Assembly: GCA_050287845.1 (NCBI GenBank)
Contig: JBNKCR010000097.1
Location: forward strand, 1 to 45,398
DNA length: 45,398 bases
Origin: Polyangia bacterium
GTDB lineage: Bacteria > Myxococcota_A > Polyangia > JAAYKL01
Direction: 5' to 3'
A program made the position numbers and the translations under genes. Of the stretch, positions 36,601 to 45,398 are shown in pieces. The first letter of the stretch is position 1. Each line of letters opens with the position of its first letter. The notes below the pieces were generated by a model. That model worked only from the letters and a program-made list of their open reading frames with translations, was not told where the DNA came from and did no database searches.

Positions 36601-37569
36601 GCCGTGGCTGGTCTGCAATCGGCATTTCGCCTTGCATTGACCGGTACTCCGGTAGAAAACCATCTGGGAGATCTGTGGAGTATTTTTCACGGCGCCATCC
36701 CCGGATTGCTGGGACCTTACGAACGGTTTCGTCGCCAGTATGCCCTTCCCATCGAACGGGATGCCAACCCCCGGGCCAGAGAGTTGCTCAAACAGCTGAT
36801 TCGGCCCTTTCTGTTGCGCCGCAACAAGGCAGAGGTGCTGCCGGATTTGCCTCCCCGTACTGAAACCATTGCTCAGGTGGAACTGGATGACCGGCACATG
36901 AAACTGTACAACGAAGAACGTCAACAGATTCTCGATGCGCTGCTGCGCGAAGATGTGGTCCCCAATCAGAAAAGGTTCAGTGCGTTGGCCGGGCTTACCC
37001 GCTTGCGGCGTCTGGCCTGTCATCCGAAGCTGGTGAACGAAAATACCGCTCTGGGCAGCGCTAAGATGGAAAGGATACTCGAAGTTATTCAGGATTTGGT
37101 CGACCAGGAACAGCGGGCACTGGTGTTCAGCCAGTTCACAAGTCATCTGGCATTGCTGCAAAAAGAATTGAAGCGCGTCGGTATCGCATATCTGTATCTG
37201 GATGGCAGCACGCCCCAGCAAGCCCGTAAAACGTTGGTTGCCCGGTGGCATGAACAACAGACACCGCTGTTCATCATTTCTCTGAAAGCCGGGGGATTCG
37301 GGCTCAATCTCACCGGTGCCGATTACGTGCTGCATCTGGATCCCTGGTGGAATCCGGCCGCAGAAGATCAGGCCACGGACCGCACCCATCGCATCGGTCA
37401 GACCAAACCTGTAACCGTGGTCCGCTTCATCGCCGCTGACACGGTGGAGCAGGGGGTGGTGGCATTACACGAACAAAAACGGGAGCTGGCCGAGTCCATA
37501 CTGGATGGCTCGAACAGCAACCAGCCGCTTTCTCCCGATGAACTCATCGCACTGATTCGCGGCGAGTAA
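33697..37569 (+). CDS. SWIM zinc finger + SNF2-family helicase/ATPase
   Basis: CNC...CSH SWIM; LRPYQ, LADDMGLGKT, LDEAQ, LTGTPVEN, LVFSQF, SLKAGGFGLNL, DPWWNPA.E.QA.DR.HRIGQ. Confidence 0.93.
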   Translation: MAKRKPTIDELRRKILEMQENKISAGKDTHQAPTRQAPTFNWLETGSAVDDIPDADDDEADGNSTMNTWPFKEMDAADIFNEDEADDVVEQWHALLSESPFEILDEMDAELWFEDAETFARRIDSVKPRLIPPLLRDISRWIADNELQHVANISIRELQRWQHFSITHCRHADRLSEILNSPPGSLKHRYMQKNTRFIQAVHQYLQFWIQRKAGEAHRLQQWETIDVSPSFNETVNHLRAFRQSLVGFPSAMEPVLHQKSNVLIPHSAVGMGIEFIRRAHVRSTDENVTVGFHVLGDNRSGFSCNCGELAYEPCSHIRVLVEWMLDVLAYEQEPAHEPLRQRLSAPLWKLGLIQLQTNIQLLQTGSDATLATASQHRLAWRINEKYLGRDGIFFEPIVQSPGANGKWTKGRRISEAQWQYDFAPFLEREHPQVARYYQILKESDFALPHTSDQKLADLLMSIADSPRIYLSGTKNSPIQVQVEKVVFAVAPGEKGIQTAIRLGDLLMTGKEIVEHMLSQRHLYHLDAERGIFVIGEISRHTRPFAVFCLQNRSVLPSEAAPELFALLAEAEDVDVWVHPALRGKTVAPDTGIVARVMPEDEFDFQLSLHVYPVGGSVAYAPGAGPRELIRELDGTRVFVDRDLEGEMDAARGIAAKLSLPIDETGLAFCWHINVADRALEVLATLSGLSSVQVEWPEGATPLRVLRAGTPSLQVTARQKQDWFLIGGHVTVEDTEVSLKDLLAAVRKRQRFVRLKKGEFLVLQKDLYDRLTTIGSLDDGESSDGVSVPKSGIPFMDTQLEDLSFHGGRGWNAVKARIAEARTLAPEVPHSFTGTLRPYQREGFEWLCRLSHWAGGACLADDMGLGKTLQALALLLVRECQTPSLIVSPMSVCHNWMSEAATFAPSLDMRLYHGAFRETSLQGMTPDTVLVTSYDTLASNVDALNEIQFDMVVLDEAQMIKNALSKRARAVAGLQSAFRLALTGTPVENHLGDLWSIFHGAIPGLLGPYERFRRQYALPIERDANPRARELLKQLIRPFLLRRNKAEVLPDLPPRTETIAQVELDDRHMKLYNEERQQILDALLREDVVPNQKRFSALAGLTRLRRLACHPKLVNENTALGSAKMERILEVIQDLVDQEQRALVFSQFTSHLALLQKELKRVGIAYLYLDGSTPQQARKTLVARWHEQQTPLFIISLKAGGFGLNLTGADYVLHLDPWWNPAAEDQATDRTHRIGQTKPVTVVRFIAADTVEQGVVALHEQKRELAESILDGSNSNQPLSPDELIALIRGE

Positions 37570-37745
37570 ACCGATTCGAAACCGTCCGTTCAAACAATCT
37601 CATCGGTTGTTTTCACCTGGTAGGAAAATAGTTCTTTTTCCCTGAATCGGTTCATGATAAAATCGCTATATTATTAAAAATTAAGTGTGTCGTTTACCTG
37701 AAGACCGCCGGGTCGCTTACCGGCTACCGGCAAAGGAGGCTGACC

Positions 37746-39383
37746 ATGTCTGCTGAACTTAAACAGACAGAATCTTCGGATTCGAATTTTTTGTTTGTTC
37801 ATGTCCCGAAACTGAATAACTACTACAAGTTGATAGACGAGTACATGTACGTGAACTATCTGCCAATGGGGGTATTTGCCGTTTGCGACTACCTGAATCG
37901 CAATGGGGTCCAATCGCGGATAAAGCATCTGGGGCTGGAAACGATTCTCAACAGCGATTTCTCCATTGCCCGCTTCGTCAGGGAAAACCACATTCCAGTG
38001 GTCGGTATGAGTCTTCACTGGCATTTTCAGTCATTCGATGTGATTGATGTGGCCCAAAAAATTAAAGCGGCCAGTCCGGAGACCGTGATTGTCCTGGGTG
38101 GATTGACCGCAAGCTGCTTCGCTGATGAAATTCTGACCGAGTTCACCCACATCGATGCCGTGATTCGCGGTGATGGCGAAAAAGGGGCGCTGACATTTGC
38201 CAGAGCTGTGATGATGCAAAATCGGGATTTTTCGCAGGTGGAGAATTGCACCTGGCGGAACCGTGACGGGGATATTGTGGACAATGGCATTTCCTTTGTT
38301 GCCACCAGTGAAGATCTGGACAGTTATGATTTTGCCAATCTGTCATTGCTGGATAAACATGATAAATACCGGGACTATTTTAAAATGCCCATGTTCTGGA
38401 TGAATAATGCCAGCGTAAAGGACAACCTGAAAATCCGAATGGCGTCCGAAACCATGTTCCCCCTGGCAATTGGGCGCGGGTGTCCGGTGAACTGCACGTA
38501 TTGTGGGGGCAGCGCTTCGGCCCAACGCAAATTGTGCGGGCGCAAAAAATATTCCGTTCGTTCTGTGGAATCGATTGTGGAGACAATGGAGAGCGCCATG
38601 AACTACGGATACACGGCTTTTCTGTCCAGCTTTGACCCCACCCCGAGGGATGACCGCTATTACCTTCGCCTTTTTGAAACCATGCGGCACAAAAAAGTGA
38701 AGCCCGGATATGCATTGGAATTCTGGGGATTACCCACCGAGCGACTCATCGAAAACTATGTGCGAACCGTCGACCTCAACCGATCGTATATTGCCCTTTC
38801 TCCGGACAGCGGGTCAGAAAAAGTTCGCCGGAGAAATAAAGGTATGTATTACGGCAATGATGAACTGTATCAGACCATGGATCTGTTACTGAAATATAAA
38901 GTGCCCACGGTAATCTATTTCACCATCGGACTGGTCGATGAATCCTTTAAGGATATTCAGAAGACCATTGACCTCGGCGACCAACTGAAGAAAAAATGGG
39001 GCAGGGTCATTGATGGGATGTTCTGCTTTCCCATTCAGATAGAGCCCGCATCTCCCATGTACGAAACACCTGAAAAATACGGCGTTACGTCCACCCGTTC
39101 CAGTTTCATGGATTTCTATCATTCCCACCGAGAGAACAACTCCGGTCCATTCAGTTATCTGGGGTACACCAACAGCGCGTACGAAGAAGCAGCGGGGGAT
39201 TTGAAGATGTACGAAAACGCGATGCAACAGGTGCGCTGCAAACATTTCTGTCTGCTCTCCCCAAGGTTGTTTGGCAAAATCGAAATGGGACTGTTATCCC
39301 GGATGCTATGTAATCTCAAGCACGCCAAATGGAAACGGGATGGATTCGGATTCGCGCCGGAGGAACGCCGCACTTTCCGCTAA
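37746..39383 (+). CDS. Cobalamin-binding radical SAM enzyme
   Basis: AAGGAGG RBS; N-terminal B12-binding Rossmann (VVGMS..IVLGG..DAVIRGDGE); GRGCPVNCTYC motif; DSGSEKVRR. Confidence 0.88.
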   Translation: MSAELKQTESSDSNFLFVHVPKLNNYYKLIDEYMYVNYLPMGVFAVCDYLNRNGVQSRIKHLGLETILNSDFSIARFVRENHIPVVGMSLHWHFQSFDVIDVAQKIKAASPETVIVLGGLTASCFADEILTEFTHIDAVIRGDGEKGALTFARAVMMQNRDFSQVENCTWRNRDGDIVDNGISFVATSEDLDSYDFANLSLLDKHDKYRDYFKMPMFWMNNASVKDNLKIRMASETMFPLAIGRGCPVNCTYCGGSASAQRKLCGRKKYSVRSVESIVETMESAMNYGYTAFLSSFDPTPRDDRYYLRLFETMRHKKVKPGYALEFWGLPTERLIENYVRTVDLNRSYIALSPDSGSEKVRRRNKGMYYGNDELYQTMDLLLKYKVPTVIYFTIGLVDESFKDIQKTIDLGDQLKKKWGRVIDGMFCFPIQIEPASPMYETPEKYGVTSTRSSFMDFYHSHRENNSGPFSYLGYTNSAYEEAAGDLKMYENAMQQVRCKHFCLLSPRLFGKIEMGLLSRMLCNLKHAKWKRDGFGFAPEERRTFR

Positions 39384-39435
39384 CGTTCGACTGTACACAT
39401 TTTCAGCTACTCAATGCAATGAATACAGATGATGT

Positions 39436-42400
39436 CTACGGCGCAGTTTTGCATTTTCCGGTTTTCATCTGACGCATGCGTTTCTGGGCCAGATGCCAGG
39501 TGTCGGCTTCTTCACCACCTTCTGATTTTTCCACATGACAGTAGGCCGATGCTGCGGTGGTCTTCAGGTTCAGGTGTTCTGCCAGTCTGCCGATAATGTA
39601 CCAGTCTTCGCTCCGGGGAGACTTGTCCTTCCGGATATTCAGGATGCGACTCAGCAAATGATACGATTCACTCACCTTCCCCTCTTCTGCATACAGCGCC
39701 GCCAGAGTATGCATGGTATCGGCATCTTCTCCCTTGCTGAGCTCCACCGATTTCAGTGCATACTCAATGCCGTCGCGAATCGTTCCAAAAGAAAACAGGG
39801 TCAGCCACGCCATGTTGTTGTATTGCACGTCCGATAGCGAAGATTCTGCCTTCTTCTGTGTCATCACCCGCCAGTAGGCGTCGTATTCACCCGTGGTGTA
39901 CAACAGGGAATCCACGGTGTCCCGGAGGCCTTCATTATCCGGATTCCGTTGCAGCAGCGCTCTGGCCAGCGTCTGGACCTCTTTATATTTTCGCGCTTTA
40001 TATCCCGCGTACTGGTAGTATGCCCACGCTTTATTGAATTGCTGGTTCGCATCTATCATTTTTTGAGCCAGCGACATTATCTTCTCGTTGTCATTGACGG
40101 AGGCGTACGCTGAGAGCAGTATCTTTCTGAGTTTTTCCTCATGGGATTTCATCTCCCCATTCCGCAGGGCTTCCTCAATTCTGGGAATGGCGAATTGAAC
40201 GGTTTCCCTGAAAACAATCATGATGCGCCACACCGCAATCTGAGCGCTAATCAGGTCACCATTGCTTCCGGGAGACCAGTATTCGTGCAAATCGCTGATG
40301 GTGTTTGTTTCCAGAGCCCAATCGAGCCAACGTTCGGCCGTCTTCTGTTTTTTATCATCCAGCATCTGCTGAATCAGCATCGCCGACATACCGATCTGCG
40401 CGGCATCCGCCAGGTAGTAACGCCCCTTTTCCTTAACCACCAGAAATGACAGGCCCAGCTTGTGGTAACCGAGCTGCTTCACCTCCAGCTTGTATCCCAC
40501 TTTGTCATCGCCCTTTTTGGAAAACGCCATGAGCGAATAGAACATGTCTCTATAAAAATCCATGGAGTACAGTTCTTCGTTGCTGCCCAGGGCCTGGTGG
40601 AACGTTTCGATAACATCCTGGACGTCGCCGCTGTCCTCATCTGACAGGAACGGTTGCAGGCTCGGTGCATACAGTGCTTTCATGCTGGCGGTTTTTCCCA
40701 AAAAGATTGCCAGCATTTCTTTAATCGGTTTTTCCGGCGTCTCCGCAAATGTGATTGTCTCGGGCGTCTTTTTGATTTTTTCCAGCATCGCCGCCCTCAC
40801 CAGCCGATCAGTTCCCCCGACGCCTGAATCCATCGCGCGGAGCAACCTGGCCGCCTCGGTGTACTGACGGTTTCTCACCAGATGAAAAACAGCATCCTCG
40901 AGGGCGGAACCTCGCTGCTCTTCGTCGGGAAAGATAATTTTCGATTGGGTAATCGCTTCGTCGGCGCCGTGCACCGCCGCAATGGCCGTTACGCGGTAAT
41001 TGGCCGGATCGAGGGTTTCGGGATTCTCGTCGGTTTCCTCCAGAACTTTGTTGAATTGCCCGGTCCATACAAGGGCTGCCAGCAGATTATTTTTTATGGT
41101 GCCGCTCTCCTGGTCCTCAAGAATGGTTCTGTATAGAGAGATGGCACGATTGACATCATTCGTATTGGTGTATCGCTGTCCCTTCCCGTTGTGCTCCAGT
41201 AAAATCGCAAGAGACGAGACGGCGTATGTATTTCTGTTATCCAGGCGCACTGCTTTTTCATACGCGCGGATGGCTGCCTGTCGATTAAACCCCTTGCCGA
41301 AACGCCGGGCGACAAAATTGTGTTCCAGGGTCCATCCGAGATTCACCCATGCATGAACGGAATTTGGCGCCAGACGCGTCGCCTTCCGGGCGGCTTCCTG
41401 GGCAGCCTCTCCAAAACCGGACGACAACAGCGCCGCAGCATACCACAGGTGATATTCGGGGACGGTGGGACTCTTTTCAATCAGCTGCTGCACATACGTA
41501 AGCCCTCTTTTAAACTTCCCGGTCTCCATGTGATGATACGTGATATTGTGGAACCGCACGTTCACCGGGAATTTTTCGGTCCACCGGAGCAGAGCGCTTC
41601 GCACTTCATCCACTTCTGTCTTTGTCAGCTGGCCATCGCCGGTGGACAGATAAAATTTGGCCGTGACCTGCGTGGAAGAGGGGGCGGTGTACGTGACCCC
41701 AAAGGTTACCGGGCCCACCTGTTCTGAAAAGTCCTTCAGGTCCCCCCGGTACGAAAATCCCTCCGGTGCATTGACGATGTACTCGATGCTGGTATCGCAC
41801 ACATCGAAAATCTGCATTGGCGCAATTCGTTTTTCCTCCAGGTCACCTTTGTCGTATTTGCGGGGATCGAGACTGCGCGAAACAAAATCAAACAGCGCCC
41901 AGGGAGCGAGCGTGGCTACCGCGGCCTCCAAATCGGTCTGTGCCGATTTTGCTCTGCTGGCCACCACCCGATACCCGAAGTGTTCGTCCAGATTCCGGGG
42001 ATCTATCTGATGCACGCTTTCCAGCTGTTCAGCGCCGTAGGCCTGTTCCACATAGTTTGTGAAATACTCGTTGATCTTTGTGGATTCACTGTTAAAGGCA
42101 TTGCGACGCTGGAAGCGCTCGATTCCCCCGCTGTATGTGGATTCCTCGGTCACTGAACCGGCACCATATATTGCGAGATCGAACGTTCTCTTTTCCGCAT
42201 ATGAATTGTCTGCCGTCGCTGCTTTGGGGGTTCGCTGAAGCTGCGTGGTGCCCGGGGCGATGATCAGGGCATTGGTATCGGCATAACTCGCCGCAATTTC
42301 CGACACGCGTGCATATTCCAGAGATGGGTCAATCCATTCCGGCGTTTCACCCGGAACATACACAATGACATGATTGAACCCATACAGGCTTGGCAGCGTG

Positions 42401-43518
42401 GGCTCGATATCAATATCATAGTCCGATTTCACCAGCGCCAGATGAGATTTAACGCCCATTTCTTTCAGTCCCGCCACCATCAGCGCCGCCTGATCCTTGC
42501 AATCGCCAAATCCCCGTCGCAGGGTTTCACACGGACTGACGGGTACGATAGCATTTTCGCCGAGTTCCAGTCCGGTGTATCGCACTTTCTTTCGCATCTC
42601 GTTCAGCAGATGGGCCATCCGCTGTTCACGGCTTCCCTCCCGGCTCATCAGCGCGTGCACTTCTGCACGACATTCATCAATGTTCATCACTGGTGCAATC
42701 TGGGCCAGATACGCGTCGGCCAGGGATTTCCACGATTCACCGGACGAGAACGCAATATATGGGATGACCACCATTTCCCGCGGCAGGTTCGCTTCCGGAT
42801 AGCGAATGGGAGCAATGGATCGCATCTCGGCAGTCTCAATGACCCGATTTCCGACTTCGGAGGTTTTTACCTTTGCGCTGACTTCATAATTCCTGAATCG
42901 CAGGGAAATTTCCTTCGGATGATCGATAATGAGTCGCGACTCATCCACATCTCGGCCAACGGCGCCAAATGCGTGCCATCCACTGGCTGCAGGGCCGTAC
43001 ACCGATTCCCTGTAAGTCTCCCGGGTGACCACTTCCACAATCGACCCCACCTGCAATTTCGGAAGGGGTGCAATCATCTGCCGGTTTCCCGAAATAATCT
43101 GATCGGAAATTTCCCGGGCGGACTGATCTGAAATCGTTTTGGGGTCGAGCTCAGCCCGGGTGCCGTCGGGGTTGAATACCGTGGCCTTGATAATTGGTTT
43201 TTCTTCGTGCCAGGGAGTCCAGGAAACGGAGACCATGCTCCATTCCTCCAGTGCCTCTTCCTTCAGTATCTTATATTTATGAATCCGCTCCAACTGGTAC
43301 GCCCCCCGCGATTCAAAATGAAATCTGCTTTCCACCAGCAGGGAGCGGATAATGGGGTCCGGTGCATCTCTGTCATCAGCGGATCCGCCCTGAATCGCAC
43401 TCCATGAACGCGGTTTTTCCAGCGTCTCCGTGGATGATGTGGATGAGGTGGAACCACAGGCCCAGACAACCATCGCCATCGCTGCCAGTATTCCCGTATG
43501 CCGATTGAAATCATTCAT
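39436..43518 (-). CDS. Large lipoprotein: DUF3857 + transglutaminase-like core + TPR repeats
   Basis: Lipobox VWAC; LPKLQVGSIVE; VRYTG..GDCKDQA (Cys), FNHVIVY (His), WIDPS (Asp); multiple TPR-like helices; start 43518 or 43530. Confidence 0.85.
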   Translation of the reverse strand: MNDFNRHTGILAAMAMVVWACGSTSSTSSTETLEKPRSWSAIQGGSADDRDAPDPIIRSLLVESRFHFESRGAYQLERIHKYKILKEEALEEWSMVSVSWTPWHEEKPIIKATVFNPDGTRAELDPKTISDQSAREISDQIISGNRQMIAPLPKLQVGSIVEVVTRETYRESVYGPAASGWHAFGAVGRDVDESRLIIDHPKEISLRFRNYEVSAKVKTSEVGNRVIETAEMRSIAPIRYPEANLPREMVVIPYIAFSSGESWKSLADAYLAQIAPVMNIDECRAEVHALMSREGSREQRMAHLLNEMRKKVRYTGLELGENAIVPVSPCETLRRGFGDCKDQAALMVAGLKEMGVKSHLALVKSDYDIDIEPTLPSLYGFNHVIVYVPGETPEWIDPSLEYARVSEIAASYADTNALIIAPGTTQLQRTPKAATADNSYAEKRTFDLAIYGAGSVTEESTYSGGIERFQRRNAFNSESTKINEYFTNYVEQAYGAEQLESVHQIDPRNLDEHFGYRVVASRAKSAQTDLEAAVATLAPWALFDFVSRSLDPRKYDKGDLEEKRIAPMQIFDVCDTSIEYIVNAPEGFSYRGDLKDFSEQVGPVTFGVTYTAPSSTQVTAKFYLSTGDGQLTKTEVDEVRSALLRWTEKFPVNVRFHNITYHHMETGKFKRGLTYVQQLIEKSPTVPEYHLWYAAALLSSGFGEAAQEAARKATRLAPNSVHAWVNLGWTLEHNFVARRFGKGFNRQAAIRAYEKAVRLDNRNTYAVSSLAILLEHNGKGQRYTNTNDVNRAISLYRTILEDQESGTIKNNLLAALVWTGQFNKVLEETDENPETLDPANYRVTAIAAVHGADEAITQSKIIFPDEEQRGSALEDAVFHLVRNRQYTEAARLLRAMDSGVGGTDRLVRAAMLEKIKKTPETITFAETPEKPIKEMLAIFLGKTASMKALYAPSLQPFLSDEDSGDVQDVIETFHQALGSNEELYSMDFYRDMFYSLMAFSKKGDDKVGYKLEVKQLGYHKLGLSFLVVKEKGRYYLADAAQIGMSAMLIQQMLDDKKQKTAERWLDWALETNTISDLHEYWSPGSNGDLISAQIAVWRIMIVFRETVQFAIPRIEEALRNGEMKSHEEKLRKILLSAYASVNDNEKIMSLAQKMIDANQQFNKAWAYYQYAGYKARKYKEVQTLARALLQRNPDNEGLRDTVDSLLYTTGEYDAYWRVMTQKKAESSLSDVQYNNMAWLTLFSFGTIRDGIEYALKSVELSKGEDADTMHTLAALYAEEGKVSESYHLLSRILNIRKDKSPRSEDWYIIGRLAEHLNLKTTAASAYCHVEKSEGGEEADTWHLAQKRMRQMKTGKCKTAP

Positions 43519-43796
43519 GATGTGTTGCATCCTTCCTTGCCTCGCATGCAGCATCTCGGAGAATCACGCTCTGGTTGAAATGCTGAACATAATTATTGTG
43601 TTGTCTGTGTAAAAGTTCAATCATTGTTCATCTGTTTCGTCAACCCAAAAAGTTCAATGTGCGAATGTTTATTGCGCCAGCGCAAGTGTGAAGGCAGCCG
43701 CCGTCGTCGGAAAGCCAGAAATGTCAGAAAGGTGGTCGGGAGAGAATGCAGTCACTGGGCACCATGGAGATAGCAGTGGGGATGTAGTTGTTCAGG

Positions 43797-45080
43797 TCAG
43801 GCGGAGCGACGGATGGGTTTGCGTCGACGGGGGCGAAAGCGCCTTCTCGCGAGATCTGTCGGGACGGATTCGGAGTTCGAATCGACATCGGAGCGCCGAG
43901 GGCGCTGGGGGATTACATTGGACGGGATGGATTCCGGCTGCTCCCGCTCTATGACGATTTCACTTCCCTCAATTTTCTGTCGGGGCATTTTTCGGCCCAG
44001 AAGTCGTTCGATGGGGTGCAGCAGATTGTACTCCGATTCGCATACCAGAGACACCGCGGTTCCGCCGGTGCCGGCACGGCCGGTGCGACCGATGCGATGA
44101 ATGTAGTCTTCCGCCACGTTGGGTAAATCAAAGTTGACCACGTGGGGCAGGTGACTGATGTCCAGTCCGCGGGCGGCAATATCGGTGGCGACCAGCACCT
44201 GTATTTCATTGCCCTTGAAGCGGGACAGGGAACGGGTCCGTGCCGTCTGACTTTTATTGCCGTGAATGGCTTCGGCGCTGATGCCCTGCCGTGTCAGTTG
44301 ATCGGCCAATCGGTTGGCCCCGTGTTTGGTTCGCGTGAACACCAGTACCTGTTGCCAGTTTTCCGTTTTAATCAGATGGGCGAGCACATGTCGTTTCTGA
44401 CTCTGGGCCACTGCATAGACCAACTGATCCACTTTATCGGCAGGTTTATTCTGTTTGGCCACTGAGACCATTTCGGGATTGGTAAGCACCGATTGGGTCA
44501 GCTTCTGAATGTCAGCGGAATAGGTGGCTGAAAACAGAAGGTTCTGGCGTTTCCGAGGCAGCAGGCGGATGACCCTGCGGATGTCGTGAATGAATCCCAT
44601 GTCCAGCATGCGGTCCGCTTCATCCAGCACCAGTATTTCAACCGCGGACAAATCAACACTGCCGCGACCGGTCAGATCCAGCAATCGGCCGGGGCAGGCG
44701 ACCAGGATGTCCACGCCCCGTTCCAGGGAATGAATCTGGGGATTGATATTCACGCCGCCGTACACAACTTCGGATCGGAGCTTCAGATACTGACCGTATT
44801 CCACAAAGTTGTCGTGCACCTGGGCTGCCAGTTCACGGGTTGGCGTCAGCACCAGCGCGCGGGGACGCCTTTCCCGGCTGGGTTGGGTTGAAAGCAGTTG
44901 TAACACGGGCAACGCGAAGGCGGCGGTTTTTCCGGTTCCAGTCTGTGCACCGCCGATAACGTCTCTACCGTGCAGAATGATTGGAATAGCTTTCTGTTGA
45001 ATGGGGGATGGATGGGTGTATCCCTTGGCTGAAACAGACTTCAGCAGGCTCGGCATCAGGCCGAGATGTTCAAATGACAT
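43797..45080 (-). CDS. rhlE: DEAD-box ATP-dependent RNA helicase RhlE
   Basis: Q motif (PSPIQ), [42 protein letters not shown]. Confidence 0.93.
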   Translation of the reverse strand: MSFEHLGLMPSLLKSVSAKGYTHPSPIQQKAIPIILHGRDVIGGAQTGTGKTAAFALPVLQLLSTQPSRERRPRALVLTPTRELAAQVHDNFVEYGQYLKLRSEVVYGGVNINPQIHSLERGVDILVACPGRLLDLTGRGSVDLSAVEILVLDEADRMLDMGFIHDIRRVIRLLPRKRQNLLFSATYSADIQKLTQSVLTNPEMVSVAKQNKPADKVDQLVYAVAQSQKRHVLAHLIKTENWQQVLVFTRTKHGANRLADQLTRQGISAEAIHGNKSQTARTRSLSRFKGNEIQVLVATDIAARGLDISHLPHVVNFDLPNVAEDYIHRIGRTGRAGTGGTAVSLVCESEYNLLHPIERLLGRKMPRQKIEGSEIVIEREQPESIPSNVIPQRPRRSDVDSNSESVPTDLARRRFRPRRRKPIRRSA

Positions 45081-45349
45081 ATATTCTCCGTTGGATCACC
45101 TTGCTGCTATCCGCAGCGCCGATCTGAGGTGAGTCAGTATATTAAGCCAGGCAAGGACGAAAACTGTTTGGATTCAATTCAAGACTTGGCGAGGTATCGA
45201 CCGGCGACACCTTTTGTTGATAGCAGACATATAACACAGGAAAATGGAAATGCAACAAAGAGCTATTCGAGGTGTACCAATTTCGAAAACGAGACGATGC
45301 AACAATTCGGATACAGAATTAAGTTGGGCCAGTAATTTAGGGAAACAGA

Positions 45350-45397
45350 GCCGCTGTGGTGAGGAACGAGCGTAGCGAGTGTCTCGAACCGCGCGGC
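45350..45397. repeat. GC-rich palindromic element (REP-like) at the window edge
   Basis: CCGCTGTGGT-GAG...CTC-GA-ACCGCGCGG folds into an imperfect stem-loop around GAGCGTAGCGAG. Confidence 0.4.
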
Positions 45398-45398
45398 G

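Noticed and set aside
33697..37569. SNF2 helicase as part of an anti-phage system (DISARM/Zorya-like)
   Set aside because: The SWIM-SNF2 architecture is the common stand-alone type, and no methylase, nuclease or other defence genes flank it
37570..37745. Cobalamin riboswitch upstream of the B12 radical SAM gene
   Set aside because: No B12-box (GCCACTG) or GGGAA core elements recognisable
1..45398. Prophage, integrase, transposase or rRNA genes
   Set aside because: No ORF or sequence with such motifs was recognised anywhere in the window

Overview
A 45.4-kb chromosomal segment of moderate GC content, probably from a Myxococcota/deltaproteobacterial organism. This is inferred from a RomX-like gene upstream of rluD, a CglF/GltF-like small protein, an ECF/anti-sigma/caspase module and sigma54 promoters. 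Left third: two minus-strand tRNA-Ser genes with a covarying hairpin-repeat trailer, a Tim44/Zn-ribbon/TerB multidomain membrane protein, a Wsp-like chemosensory cluster (REC, cheW, cheR-TPR, cheW, cheA-REC, cheB, divergent MCP), and a translationally coupled operon of ECF sigma, Zn anti-sigma, exported caspase-like protease and lipoprotein. Middle: three tandem AIM24 genes, an MMPL/RND transporter with a lipoprotein, the CglF-like protein, DUF1848, romX-rluD, a sigma54-preceded atypical nucleotidyltransferase/class-V PLP enzyme fusion, a stand-alone ftsA-ftsZ pair, TerB, a CPBP protein and a putative outer-membrane protein. Right third: sigma54-driven amtB-glnK, a SWIM-SNF2 helicase, a B12-binding radical SAM enzyme, a DUF3857/transglutaminase/TPR lipoprotein and rhlE. 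No CRISPR array, integrase or transposase was seen. The best candidates for poorly described biology are the ECF-caspase trans-envelope signalling operon, the doubly deviant PntC/AEP-transaminase-like fusion with its upstream candidate sRNA, and the tRNA-linked hairpin repeat. All family calls come from motif recognition by eye, not from database searches.
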